From: an uncultured Planctomycetota bacterium | GTDB lineage: Bacteria > Planctomycetota > PLA2 > JAEUHO01 | DNA length: 64,000 bases | Reading direction: 5' to 3' | Assembly: GCA_963752285.1 (NCBI GenBank) | Contig: CAVVXN010000001.1 | Location: 160,001-224,000, forward strand | Part shown: positions 1 through 9,830 of the stretch, piece by piece | Numbering within the stretch: position 1 is the stretch's first letter | Layout: each line of letters opens with the position of its first letter | The notes under the pieces: model-generated | Seen by the model: only the letters and a program-made list of their open reading frames with translations | Database searches by the model: none | What the model was told of the DNA's origin: nothing | Made by a program: the position numbers and the translations under genes

Positions 1-1092
1 GGCGCGCCGGGTCCGAAGCGGATCCTCGCGCTGGACGGCGGCGGCGTGCGCGGTCTCCTCTCGCTCGAGTTCCTCGCGCGCGTCGAGGACGTCCTCCGCG
101 CGCGCACGGGCCGGCCGGACCTCGTTCTCGCCGACTACTTCGACCTCGTCGGCGGGACCAGCACGGGCGCGATGATCGCGGGCGGCCTCGCCACGGGCAT
201 GGAGGTCGCGGCGATCCGCGAGCTCTACCTCACGGCCGGTCGCGAGGTCTTCCGGCGCCGCCGAATCCGGTTCTGGCACGCGCTCTACGACGAGCACCGC
301 CTCGAGCGCGTCCTGGAGGAGCGCTTCGGTGACGTCACCCTGGGCGACGACGCGATCCGCACGGGCCTGTGCCTCGTCACGAAGCGCGCCGACACGAACA
401 GCACGTGGCCGCTCGTGAACCACCCCGGTGGCCGGTACTACGCGTCGAACCGCCACATCCGGCTGCGCGACGCCATCCGCGCGAGCGCGGCGGCGCCGGT
501 GATGTTCCGACCCGCGAAGATCGAGATCGCGCCGGGCCAGTCGGGCACGTTCGTGGACGGGGCCGTCAGCGTCGCGAACAACCCCGCGCTCCTCCTGCTC
601 CTCGTGGCCACGCTCGCGGGCTATCCCTTCCACTGGCCGCTCGGAGAGGACCAGATCCTCCTCGTCTCCGTCGGCACCGGGGTCTGGGAGCGGCGCACCG
701 ACGCGCTCGCCATGGCCCGCGCGAACGCGTTCCAGTGGCTGGCGCACCTCCCCGACATGCTCATCCAGGACGCCGGCACGATGACAGAGCTCCTGCTCCA
801 GGCCCTGTCGAAGACGCCCACGCCCTGGGCCATCGACCGCGAGGTCGGCGACCTCGACGGCGAGCTCTGGTTCGGTCGGCCGGCGCTCTCGTACGTGCGC
901 TACAACGCGCGCCTCGAGCCCGACGCGCTCGTCGAGCTCGGCCTCTCTGACCTCGTGCCGCGCCTCGACAGCCTCCGCCGGCTCGCGGGCCAGGACACCC
1001 ACGACGACCTGGTCCGGATCGGCCGCGCCGAGGCGACACGGGCGGTGTCGCCCGACCACCTGCGTCCGGCGTTCGACCTGCCGGTGCCCTGA
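1..1092 (+). CDS. Patatin-like phospholipase (5' truncated by window edge)
   Basis: Frame is open from base 1 (GAPGPKRILALDGGGVRG); DGGG oxyanion loop, GTSTG nucleophile elbow, ASAAAP and catalytic DGA motifs. Confidence 0.9.
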   Translation, partial: GAPGPKRILALDGGGVRGLLSLEFLARVEDVLRARTGRPDLVLADYFDLVGGTSTGAMIAGGLATGMEVAAIRELYLTAGREVFRRRRIRFWHALYDEHRLERVLEERFGDVTLGDDAIRTGLCLVTKRADTNSTWPLVNHPGGRYYASNRHIRLRDAIRASAAAPVMFRPAKIEIAPGQSGTFVDGAVSVANNPALLLLLVATLAGYPFHWPLGEDQILLVSVGTGVWERRTDALAMARANAFQWLAHLPDMLIQDAGTMTELLLQALSKTPTPWAIDREVGDLDGELWFGRPALSYVRYNARLEPDALVELGLSDLVPRLDSLRRLAGQDTHDDLVRIGRAEATRAVSPDHLRPAFDLPVP

Positions 1093-1173
1093 GGGTCGCA
1101 TCGGCGGTCTCGACGGTCGCGCCGCAGCCCCGGCGCACGTCGCCGTCCTGGTACACCCCCGGGGGGAGGGCCC

Positions 1174-2499
1174 ATGGAGCACATCTCGTCCGAGCCGCCG
1201 CCGACGCGACGCGGCGGCGTCCTGGTGCCCGGGGAAACGGTCTCGCTCTCGGCGATGGTGCAGCAGGTGCGGCGCTTCGCGTGGGGCGGGTTCCTGATCC
1301 TCCGCCTCGACGACGGCTACGTGCAGGCCGTCTCGGACGACCCCCAGGCCCTGGAGGCGGTGACGGAGGGCGCGACGGTCCGCGTCAGGGGCGAGGTGCG
1401 CGCCGCCGACGTCAAGGCCGCGCACGTGACGAACCAGAAGGTCGAGATCGGGCTCCAGGAGATCGTCGTCCGGAGCGCCCCGACCGGTCTGCCCCCGGTG
1501 GACCTGCACAAGCCGGACCTCGACCTGACCCTCGAGGTCAAGCTCGACCACCGGCCGGTGTCGCTGCGCCACCCGAAGGAGCGCGCGATCTTCCGCGTCG
1601 CCGCGCGCCTCGGCCGCGCGTTTCGGAAGTTCCTCGACGCCGAGGCGTTCATCGAGATCCATTCGCCGAAGATCTGCTCGACCGGCGCCGAGGGCGGCGC
1701 CAACATCTTCTCGCTCGACTACTTCGGACGACGCGCGTTCCTCGCCCAGAGCCCGCAGTTCTACAAGCAGATGGGCGTCGGGATCTTCGGTCGGGTGTAC
1801 GAGATCGGCTCCGTGTTCCGCGCGGAGCCCCACGCGACGAGCCGCCACCTGAACGAGTACGTGTCGCTCGACTTCGAGATGGGCCCCATCGACGACTTTC
1901 GCGACGTCATGCGGATGGAGGCCGCGCTCCTCACGGACATGATGCGGGACGTGGCCAGCGACTGCGCCGCCGACCTCGCACTGCTCGGCGCGACGGTCCC
2001 CGACGTGCCCGCGACGGTCCCCTCGATCACGCTGGCCGAGGCGCACGAGATCGTCCACGACCGACACGGCAAGGACCACCGCGGCGAGCCGGACCTCGCG
2101 CCCGAGGAGGAGGAGCTCCTCTCCCGGACCGCCCGGGAGGAGCTCTCGAGCGAGTTCCTCTTCGTGACGCACTACCCGAGCGCGAAGCGGCCCTTCTACA
2201 CGTTCGACGACCCGGAGCGTCCCGGCGAGACGTGCTCGTTCGACCTCCTCTTTCGCGGCGTCGAGATCACCACCGGGGGCCAGCGCATCCACGACCACGC
2301 GGCGCAGGTCGCGAAGCTCGTCCGCTTCGGGCTCGACCCGGCCGACTTCGAGAGCTTCCTCCAGATCCACCGGGCGGGCATGCCGCCGCACGGCGGCCTC
2401 GCGATCGGACTGGAGCGCCTGACCGCGCGGCTCCTCGGCCTCGCGAACGTGAAGGAGGCGAGCCTCTTCCCGCGCGACGTGAACCGCCTGACCCCGTAG
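1174..2499 (+). CDS. aspS: Aspartyl-tRNA synthetase, archaeal/eukaryote-like (probably non-discriminating) type
   Basis: OB-fold N-terminus, AEGGA, LAQSPQFYKQ, motif 2 FRAE..RHLNEY, motif 3 GMPPHGGLAIGLER; 441 aa, with no GAD insertion. Confidence 0.9.
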   Translation: MEHISSEPPPTRRGGVLVPGETVSLSAMVQQVRRFAWGGFLILRLDDGYVQAVSDDPQALEAVTEGATVRVRGEVRAADVKAAHVTNQKVEIGLQEIVVRSAPTGLPPVDLHKPDLDLTLEVKLDHRPVSLRHPKERAIFRVAARLGRAFRKFLDAEAFIEIHSPKICSTGAEGGANIFSLDYFGRRAFLAQSPQFYKQMGVGIFGRVYEIGSVFRAEPHATSRHLNEYVSLDFEMGPIDDFRDVMRMEAALLTDMMRDVASDCAADLALLGATVPDVPATVPSITLAEAHEIVHDRHGKDHRGEPDLAPEEEELLSRTAREELSSEFLFVTHYPSAKRPFYTFDDPERPGETCSFDLLFRGVEITTGGQRIHDHAAQVAKLVRFGLDPADFESFLQIHRAGMPPHGGLAIGLERLTARLLGLANVKEASLFPRDVNRLTP

Positions 2500-2572
2500 C
2501 CCGGACCTGGGGAACGCCCGGGGAGGAGAAGGGGTCCGCCGGCCCCGCGCACCGGCTCGGCGCCGTCCCCGC

Positions 2573-2626
2573 GTTCACGACCTGTTCACGACCCGTGAAC
2601 GCGCGTTAATTTTCGACTCGCGAGTC
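2573..2626 (+). promoter_or_regulatory. Candidate regulator boxes upstream of the lipoprotein gene
   Basis: GTTCAC at 2573 and 2584 and inverted GTGAAC at 2595 (11-bp phasing); perfect palindrome GACTCGCGAGTC at 2615-2626. Confidence 0.4.
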
Positions 2627-2679
2627 AACAATCCCTTCACCGAAAGGGAACGCGCGATGAGGGACGCCGGGAGCGGCGC

Positions 2680-5538
2680 ATGCAGTCGTCCGTTCGGGCT
2701 CGGGGAGCCCTCGTCCTCGCCTTCCTCCTCTCCGCGGGATCGCTCGCCGCGTGCGGCGGCGGCGGCACCGGCGGCGCGACGCCCTCGGTCACCACCCTCC
2801 CGTCCTCCGGGCCGACGACCACGCCGGCCACCCCGCCCACGACCGGGCCGGTCACGTCCCCCTCCGACCCGGTGCCCCCGGCGAGCGAGCCGCCCCCCGC
2901 GGACGCGCCGCCGGCGGCCGAGCCCCCGCCCCCGACGACGCCGATCGAGCCGCCCGAGAAGCCCGCCGCGCTCCCGGCGTGGACGGGCCTCCCGGACGTG
3001 CGCGGCGTCGCGATCGACCCGACCGACGGGTCCGCGTGGGCGGTCTCCGCCGCGGACGGGACCCTGTGGCGGCTTCGTCCGGGCGAGATCCGGCCCGAGC
3101 CGCGCGGCACGCTCGCGACGGCGGGCGTCCGGGGTCTCACGGTGGACCCGATCGCGCACGTCCTCCTGGCCGTCGTGGACGGAGGCGGCACGCTCGACGA
3201 CCGGCTCGTCCAGATCGACCCGGACAGCCTCGCGACCACGCCGATCGGCACGATCGCGGGCCACGCGGGCGTCGAGGCGCTCGCGTACCACCCGCTCGCG
3301 GGGATCCTCTTCGCCGTGGACACCGCCACGCACGTCCTCCTCTCGATCGACGCGGGGACGGCGGACGCGACGGTGGTCGGCTCGCTCGGGGCCTTCACCG
3401 ACGTAGAGAGCCTCGCGCCGGACACCGGGAGCCTACGTCTCTTCGGCGTGGACCGCGCTCAGCGCGTCCTCGTCGGGATCGACTGCGCCACGGCCACGGC
3501 GACGCGCCTCGCCGACGCCCCGGCGTCGGTGGACGGCCTCGGCTACGACCCTGGCGAGCGACGCTTCCTCGCCGCGTCGGCGTCCGACGGCTCCCTCTCC
3601 GTCTACGACCCCATCGGCGCGTGGATGGACACCGCCGACATCCGCGGCCTCGCGACCGACCCCGACGCCGGCACGCTCTTCGGCTCGTACCCGCCGAACG
3701 GCCTGATCGTCCGCCTCGACCCGGCGACGGGATGGAAGCAGCCTGTCGGCTACGTCCCGGTGCCGCGTCTCGAGGGCCTCGCGTACGACGCGGCGACCCG
3801 GACGCTCTACGCCGTGTCGAGCGCGACCGCGACCGTGTACGCCCTCTCGCCGGACGACGCCGCGGTGCGCGCGAGCGTGGCCGTGAACGGCGCCGGAACC
3901 GCCCTCACGGGGCTCGCCGGGCTCGCCTTCGGGAACGGCGTCCTCTACGCGAGCGACCGCGACCAGAACACGATCCTGAGGATCGAGCCCGCGACGGGCT
4001 ACGCGAACGTCCTCGGCGCGCCGGTCGGCGCCGGCACGATCGAGGGCCTCGACTTCGACGCCGCCCAAAACCTCCTCCTCGGCTTCAGCAACGCCGCGCA
4101 CGCGTTCGTCGAAATCGATCCGTCACGCGCCGACGAGGCGCGCGTCGTGAGCCAGGGCGCGTTCGCCCGCGTGGACGCCCTCGCCTGGTCCGCGACGGAC
4201 GAGCGGCTCTACGGGACCGCGTCCGACCGGCACGAGCTGTTCGTCGTCTGGCAGAGCGAGGTCGCCCCGCTCGGTGTGGACGGTCTCGGCGCGCTCGTGT
4301 GGCAGAACGACACCAAGCGGCTCCTCGGGTTCGACGCGGCCAGCGCGACGATCGTGGAGATCGACCCCGACCTCGAGATCGCCCTTCCCGTCCGCGCGTG
4401 GCCGGGGGGCCGGCTCGACGCGATGACCTTCGATCCCGGTCGCGGCGTGGTGTTCGCGGTGGACGGCGGGACGGGCGACCTCTACGCCCTGGACGATGCG
4501 CTCCAAGCGACGCCCGTCGGCGCGCCGGGCGTCCTCGCCCAACAGGACGTGAGCGCGCTCGCGTTCGTCCCGGTGTCCGGACGCCTCTACGCGGTCTCCG
4601 GCACGACCGGCCGTCTGCTCGTCGTGGACGCCGTGACCGGCGCGGCGACCGAGGTGAACGAGGCGGGCCCGGGCCTCGGCTTCTCATCGATCCACGCGAT
4701 GGTCTTCGACCCCGCGACGGGCATGCTGCTCGCCGTGGACCGCACGACGCAAAGCCTGCTCCAGGTGGACTGGACGACCGGAAGCGCGGTCACGCTCGCG
4801 ACCGTCGAGCCGGCGCACGTCGGCGGCATGGCGATGCGCCCGGGCGCGCGGGCGATCTGGTTGTCCGACCAGGACCGTCTGGTCCGCGTGGACCGCTTCA
4901 CCGGAGCGACCGTCCACGCGACGCCGCTTCCGCCCGCGGTCCGGGGCGGGACCGCCGGGGTCGCGCTCCGTCTCCTGTGGCCCCGCGGCGACGTGCGCGC
5001 GGCGGCGCTCGACACCCTCGGCGTGGAGGTCGGGCCCGCGGACCAGGACCAGGACCTCGTCATCAGCCGTCGCGGGCGCGAGCTCTACCGCCAGGCGCTC
5101 GACCCGACCGACGTCGTGACGGTCTGTCGCTTCCCGCCCACGGTGCGCCGCGCGCTCGCGGTCGGCGACGAGGTGACGTGGGGCGTCGGCTCGGCCAAGA
5201 CGACGTTCCGCGTCGTCGCGGACGGCGGGACCTCCGCGGCCCTCGCGGCCGTCCTCTCGCACCCGACCGTCGCCACGCGTTCGGCGAACGAGCGGGCCCT
5301 CGCCCGGGCCTGGCTCCTCGATCGCCGGGGGCTCTACACCGAGGCCCTCGACGTGGAGCTGAGGACGCTGGCCCGGCCTTCGAGCCGTTCTCCGTACCTG
5401 ACCCTCGGTCTCCTCCGGACCCTCGGCCACCTCGGCCTGCTCGACACGCGGCTCGGCGCGACCGCGCTGGGCGAGGCCCGCGCCCAGAGCCCCGCCTGCC
5501 GGTTCGGCTCCGCGGTGCGCGCCTACGTCCGCGACTGA
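2680..5538 (+). CDS. Large lipoprotein with multiple beta-propeller repeats
   Basis: Lipobox LAAC-GGGG, Pro/Thr-rich linker, many GLAxDP..LYAV...L..IDP.TG repeats. Confidence 0.8.
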   Translation: MQSSVRARGALVLAFLLSAGSLAACGGGGTGGATPSVTTLPSSGPTTTPATPPTTGPVTSPSDPVPPASEPPPADAPPAAEPPPPTTPIEPPEKPAALPAWTGLPDVRGVAIDPTDGSAWAVSAADGTLWRLRPGEIRPEPRGTLATAGVRGLTVDPIAHVLLAVVDGGGTLDDRLVQIDPDSLATTPIGTIAGHAGVEALAYHPLAGILFAVDTATHVLLSIDAGTADATVVGSLGAFTDVESLAPDTGSLRLFGVDRAQRVLVGIDCATATATRLADAPASVDGLGYDPGERRFLAASASDGSLSVYDPIGAWMDTADIRGLATDPDAGTLFGSYPPNGLIVRLDPATGWKQPVGYVPVPRLEGLAYDAATRTLYAVSSATATVYALSPDDAAVRASVAVNGAGTALTGLAGLAFGNGVLYASDRDQNTILRIEPATGYANVLGAPVGAGTIEGLDFDAAQNLLLGFSNAAHAFVEIDPSRADEARVVSQGAFARVDALAWSATDERLYGTASDRHELFVVWQSEVAPLGVDGLGALVWQNDTKRLLGFDAASATIVEIDPDLEIALPVRAWPGGRLDAMTFDPGRGVVFAVDGGTGDLYALDDALQATPVGAPGVLAQQDVSALAFVPVSGRLYAVSGTTGRLLVVDAVTGAATEVNEAGPGLGFSSIHAMVFDPATGMLLAVDRTTQSLLQVDWTTGSAVTLATVEPAHVGGMAMRPGARAIWLSDQDRLVRVDRFTGATVHATPLPPAVRGGTAGVALRLLWPRGDVRAAALDTLGVEVGPADQDQDLVISRRGRELYRQALDPTDVVTVCRFPPTVRRALAVGDEVTWGVGSAKTTFRVVADGGTSAALAAVLSHPTVATRSANERALARAWLLDRRGLYTEALDVELRTLARPSSRSPYLTLGLLRTLGHLGLLDTRLGATALGEARAQSPACRFGSAVRAYVRD

Positions 5539-6254
5539 CCGCGCGCGCGGCCCGACACGAGGCCCCCCGTGCCGAGGACGAGGGAGGTCGTCCGGACGTC
5601 GTCGAACGCGGCGGCCGCGAGCGCCGCGTGGAGGTCCTCGGGCCAACGCGACGTACGGACCAGCGCTTCCAAGCGGCGGTCGAACGCGACCCGCCACTCG
5701 GGGAACGCCCACGGTCCGACGCGCGCGACGACCCGCATCCACGCCGTCCAGAGCGCGCGCGGCAGGGGGCTCCCGGGCACCGTGAAGTCGTGGAACGCGA
5801 CCACCGCGCCCGGGGCGAGGTGCGGGAGGAGGTTCGCCACGAGACGTCCTGCGTCCACGTACTTCGGGAGGTAGCTCGCGACGACCGCGTCGTACGGCCC
5901 GTCGAGCAGGACGTCCTCGGCGTTGCCCAGTCGGAGCGTGACGCGGTCGCCGAGCCGGGCGAACCGACGTCGGGCGACGGCGAGGTACTCGGCGGTCACG
6001 TCCACGCCGGTCACGCGCGCGCGGGGGCGTCGTTGCAGGAGCGCCTTCGTGACGATGCCCGTCCCGCACGCGAGGTCGAGCACGGTCCGCGCCCCGCGCG
6101 GCACGCACCGGAGCAGCGCGCGCTTCCACACCCGATCGAGCCCGAACGTCGTGAGCGCCACGACCCGGTCGTACGACGCCGCCGTGCCCTCGAAGAACGC
6201 GGCGACGAGCCCGAGCCGCTCCTCGGCGCCCGCCCCCTGCTCCGGCTCAGGCAT
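5523..6254 (-). CDS. Class I SAM methyltransferase (UbiE/MenG-like)
   Basis: YDRV..FGLD..WK N-terminus, VLDLACGTG motif I, GVDVT motif II; start moved to ATG 6254. Confidence 0.85.
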   Translation of the reverse strand: MPEPEQGAGAEERLGLVAAFFEGTAASYDRVVALTTFGLDRVWKRALLRCVPRGARTVLDLACGTGIVTKALLQRRPRARVTGVDVTAEYLAVARRRFARLGDRVTLRLGNAEDVLLDGPYDAVVASYLPKYVDAGRLVANLLPHLAPGAVVAFHDFTVPGSPLPRALWTAWMRVVARVGPWAFPEWRVAFDRRLEALVRTSRWPEDLHAALAAAAFDDVRTTSLVLGTGGLVSGRARGQSRT

Positions 6255-6327
6255 CGTCCGACCCCGCGCGTGACACCGCGCCGGCGCGGAACGAGAATGG
6301 CCACGCCCCGATCGGGGCAGGGACGTC

Positions 6328-7602
6328 ATGGGCGACATCGGCTCCCCGCAACGATTCCTCCTGCTCCTGGGGCTCGCGTTCTTCCTCGGGCTCGCGTTCG
6401 AGGGCTTCTACTGGAAGAGCGCGTCGAGCCGGCCCGGCGGCATCCGCACCTTCCCGCTCCTGGCCCTCGCCGGCGGCCTGCTCTACCTGCTGGAGCCGCG
6501 CTACGCCAGCGCCTTCGCCGTGGGCCTCGTGGTCCTCGGCGCGTGGCTCTACCCGTACTACCAGGTCGAGGTCTCGCGCGTGCCACCGGAAGGCACGCCC
6601 CCCGACGGGATCATGGTGCCGGTCGTCAACCTCGTGGCGTACCTCCTCGGCCCGGTGACGCTCGGGCAGCCGGTGTGGGCGGGCATCGGTCTGACCGTGG
6701 TGGCGGTCCTGCTCCTTCGCGCCCGCGAGCGGCTCCACGGCCTCGCGGCGAAGGTTCCGGGCGAGGAGATCATCACGGTCGGACAGTTCCTCGTGCTCAC
6801 GGGCATCGTCCTCCCGGTGCTCCCGCACGAGCCGTTCACCTCCCTCACCCCGCTCTCGCCCTTCCAGATCTGGCTCGCCGTCGTGGTGGTGTGCGCGCTC
6901 TCGTACGGCAGCTACCTCCTCCAGCGGTACGTGTCGCCGACGGGCAGCGTGCTCTTCGCCGCGATCCTCGGCGGCATGTACTCCTCCACCGCCACGACGG
7001 TGGTCCTCGCCCGCCGTGCGAAGGGCGCGCGCAGCCGGGCGAGGGGGCTCTCCGCGGGCATCGTCCTCTCGACGGCCGTGATGTACCTGCGGCTCGGCGT
7101 GGTCGTCGCGATCTTCGACACGGCGCTCGCCCTCACGCTGGCGCCCTACCTGATCGGATTGTTCCTCCTCGGCGCGGTCGCCGCGCGGGTGCTCCTCGGT
7201 CGGACCGTGCACGCGCCGACGTCGTCCTCCGAGCCGCCCCTTCTCCCCAAGAACCCGCTCGAGATCCCGGCGGCGTTGATCTTCGCCGTGCTCTTCCTCG
7301 TGCTGTCCATCGGAACGGCGTGGGCGCGTACCCACTTCGGGTCCACCGGCGTGTACGCGCTCGCGGCGGTGGTGGGCGTGGTGGACGTGGACCCCTTCGT
7401 GCTGAGCATCGCGCACCGGAGCGTCACGGGCCTCGGGCTCCCCGCCCTGGCCGCGGCGGTGCTGGTCGCGGCCTCTTCGAACGACCTCCTGAAGGCCGTC
7501 TACGCCGGCCTCTTCGGCGGCTGGCGGAGGATGCGCGGTCCGTTCGCGGCCCTCGCGGTCCTGGCCGTCCTCGGGTTCGTGTTCGCCCTCGTCCTGGCCT
7601 GA
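6328..7602 (+). CDS. MgtC/SapB-family membrane protein with DUF4010
   Basis: GGIRTFPL motif, GGMYSSTATT, KNPLE, many TM helices. Confidence 0.85.
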   Translation: MGDIGSPQRFLLLLGLAFFLGLAFEGFYWKSASSRPGGIRTFPLLALAGGLLYLLEPRYASAFAVGLVVLGAWLYPYYQVEVSRVPPEGTPPDGIMVPVVNLVAYLLGPVTLGQPVWAGIGLTVVAVLLLRARERLHGLAAKVPGEEIITVGQFLVLTGIVLPVLPHEPFTSLTPLSPFQIWLAVVVVCALSYGSYLLQRYVSPTGSVLFAAILGGMYSSTATTVVLARRAKGARSRARGLSAGIVLSTAVMYLRLGVVVAIFDTALALTLAPYLIGLFLLGAVAARVLLGRTVHAPTSSSEPPLLPKNPLEIPAALIFAVLFLVLSIGTAWARTHFGSTGVYALAAVVGVVDVDPFVLSIAHRSVTGLGLPALAAAVLVAASSNDLLKAVYAGLFGGWRRMRGPFAALAVLAVLGFVFALVLA

Positions 7603-7762
7603 GGTCCCGACGCCGGCTCCAGGGAAATCGGGCCGCGCGAGGGCCACGAGGGCGTATCCGCCCGTGCCGAGGCGGCCGCGACCCTCGTGATCCGACGCTC
7701 CGACCGGTCCGGTCGCTCGACCCGCTCGCTCGCGGCGCGGGACCCCCCGGCCGATGTCGTCG

Positions 7763-7915
7763 TCACAGCCAGCCGATGAGGAAGAGGACGAGCAGGAGCA
7801 CCAGGATGAAGCCGAGGGCTCCGCTCGGTCCGTACCCCCAACGACGGCTGTACGGATACGCCGGGAGCGACGCGAGCAGCACGACGAGGATGATCAGGAG
7901 GATGAGCCAGCTCAC
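7763..7915 (-). CDS. DUF3309-family small membrane protein (50 aa)
   Basis: GTG start with upstream GGAG; MSWLILLIILVVLLASLPAYPYSRRWGYGPSGALGFIL... matches the family pattern. Confidence 0.85.
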   Translation of the reverse strand: MSWLILLIILVVLLASLPAYPYSRRWGYGPSGALGFILVLLLVLFLIGWL

Positions 7916-8100
7916 GAGGCAGCTCCGTCGAGCCAGACGCGGCCCGCCGCGCCACGGACGTCGCGGGCCGGGAGCCCGGGCGACGTCCGCGGCCGGCGGA
8001 ACAGGCGCGCGATCGCGCGTCGTGTCGATAGGGCGCGGGCCAGCGTCACCAGCAGGAGGAAGGTGTAGAGAGACAGGCAGAGGAACAGGAACATTCGCAT
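7912..8100 (-). CDS. Putative small membrane protein (60-62 aa)
   Basis: MRMFLFLCLSLYTFLLLVTLA hydrophobic N-terminus; GGAG upstream; its TGA overlaps the DUF3309 GTG (GTGA). Confidence 0.45.
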   Translation of the reverse strand: MRMFLFLCLSLYTFLLLVTLARALSTRRAIARLFRRPRTSPGLPARDVRGAAGRVWLDGAAS

Positions 8101-8627
8101 CGCTCCGGGTCCCCGCACGGGACGCGCCAAGCCGGGCGCCGGGCCCCTCGGGCGGGACCAGCGACCCGTAGGCGCCCGCGCCGCGCCGCGGTTCCCGCCG
8201 CCTGCGGGCCGCGCGACGGGATCTTCGACCCGGGGAACGCGCGGCCCCGTCCTCGGATCGTCCCGCGCACGTCGCGCACGACCGGCCCGGATCCTGCCGT
8301 GCCGTGCCGTGCAGGCCTTGCCGACCGTCACCGCCGACGCCTCCGAGCGGCCGGATGGCCGCCCGCCCGGCATCGGGAGCGCGGTGCGCGTAGCGCATGG
8401 CTACGGACACCTTCGGCATCAGAGGCCGGCTGTCCGCCGCGCACGGGTGACCTCGGCCGCCCGCCGTATTCAGGTCGACCCTCGCGTCCTCGAGTCGTCG
8501 GAGCCTCGTCTTGGTGCGCGAGACGCGGGCCACCCCGTTCGCGGCACCCGGGTTGTGCCCACGACCCGCAAGGGGTAGGGTTCTCGCAGCTACCGTCTTG
8601 GTCTTGGCCGCTGGGGAAGGACGCATC

Positions 8628-9602
8628 GTGGCTCGATTCCGTTGGACCCTGGGATTGCTCGTCCTGGCGCTCCACGCCACGGCCTGCGGAACGGGCGGGC
8701 GTGAGCGGAGAGCCGTGGCGTACTGGGTGAGCTCTTCGAACGGCAGCGACTCGAGTCCCGGCAGCTCCACGGAACCCTTCCGGACCATCACGCACGCGCT
8801 CTCCGTCGTGAGTGTCGGGGAGATCATCAACGTCGCGCCGGGCGTCTACGACGTGAAGAACGGTGAGATCTTCCCGCTGGTCGTCCCCGTCAACGTCACG
8901 TTGCGGGGCGACACCGCCAATGCGGGCATGCCCACCGCCGGACAGGCGACCCTCGTCCAGGGCTCCGGGCCGAGCGGACTCCCGTCCCCGAGCACGGCCA
9001 CGCTGCGAGCGCTCGCCGGCGCGCGCATCGCCGGTCTCTACGTCGTGAACCCCGAGGTTGCAGATGGTCCGAGGCGTGCGATCGGAATCTTGATCCGCGC
9101 TGCGTTCGTCGAGGTGGACGCCTGCACGATCTCGGAATGCTCGGAGGGGATCATGTTCGTCGGGAGCCCGAGCACGGCCGCCGAGCCCACCCGATGCGTC
9201 GTGAAGCGAAGCCATCTCGTGGGAGACCTCGTCGGGATGGACGCGGACGTGTACAAGGCGACGGGCGTGCGCGTGGAGGGGAACCACTTCGAGGAGTGTC
9301 AAACGGGCGCCACGGCTGACGGCACGGGCGTGGACTTCGGTGGCGGCCCGCAGGGAAGCACGGGCGAGAACGTGTTCCGGTGCAACGACGTGCACATCCT
9401 TGCCTTCGGAGCCCAGATCGGGGACTTGAGGGTCGACCCGTACTTCCTCTGGGCCAGCAACAACCAGTGGGATCCCGCTCCTCCGCCCATCCTGCCCTTT
9501 CTGGAGACGAGCTTCACCCCGGAGACGGGCGAGATCGGCTACCTCCAGGGCGTGACCGTCATCGTCTTTCCCGCCTTCGCGGCCGCCCCCTGCCCGCAGT
9601 GA
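8628..9602 (+). CDS. DUF1565 / parallel beta-helix lipoprotein
   Basis: Lipobox ATAC-G; YWV..NGSDSSPGS..PFRTITHAL..GEIINVAPGVY..GEIFPL signature; start re-picked to GTG 8628. Confidence 0.8.
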   Translation: MARFRWTLGLLVLALHATACGTGGRERRAVAYWVSSSNGSDSSPGSSTEPFRTITHALSVVSVGEIINVAPGVYDVKNGEIFPLVVPVNVTLRGDTANAGMPTAGQATLVQGSGPSGLPSPSTATLRALAGARIAGLYVVNPEVADGPRRAIGILIRAAFVEVDACTISECSEGIMFVGSPSTAAEPTRCVVKRSHLVGDLVGMDADVYKATGVRVEGNHFEECQTGATADGTGVDFGGGPQGSTGENVFRCNDVHILAFGAQIGDLRVDPYFLWASNNQWDPAPPPILPFLETSFTPETGEIGYLQGVTVIVFPAFAAAPCPQ

Positions 9603-9830
9603 GTCGCGTCCCTTCCGCGCGGGGGCTTCCCCGCCCGTCCCGCACGGCCACCACGCACGCCAAGGCGGGCGCAGGGAGTTCCCGAGCTCGGGCGCCCGGC
9701 GGGGTTCGCGCCCCACGTTCCGACGGCCCGGGCACGACCGCTGGCTCCGAGCATCCACGTCGGGGCTGAACCCCGAACCGTCGGCGACGTCCAACGGAGG
9801 GCGCGACCTCACCGTCCGTGAGGACTCCCC

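Noticed and set aside
1..1092. Patatin as a CBASS effector (with the JAB gene at 37 kb as Cap3)
   Set aside because: No CD-NTase or E1/E2 gene is visible and the two genes are far apart; sequence upstream of the window is unseen.
7522..7530. TGGCGGAGG matching the tRNA-Ser 3' end as an att site
   Set aside because: Only 9 bp, inside an intact CDS, and expected by chance.
2751..8171. Very long Arg/Pro/Gly-rich ORFs (e.g. 2751-8171, 8328-11867, 15782-21028, 31065-34217, 51294-54224)
   Set aside because: These are shadow or antisense frames of recognisable genes, caused by stop-codon scarcity at very high GC.
8101..8627. Riboswitch or ncRNA in long intergenic gaps (also 9603-9830, 30012-30556, 47675-47937)
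   Set aside because: GC-rich hairpins are plentiful but I recognised no family consensus; an Rfam/Infernal scan is needed.
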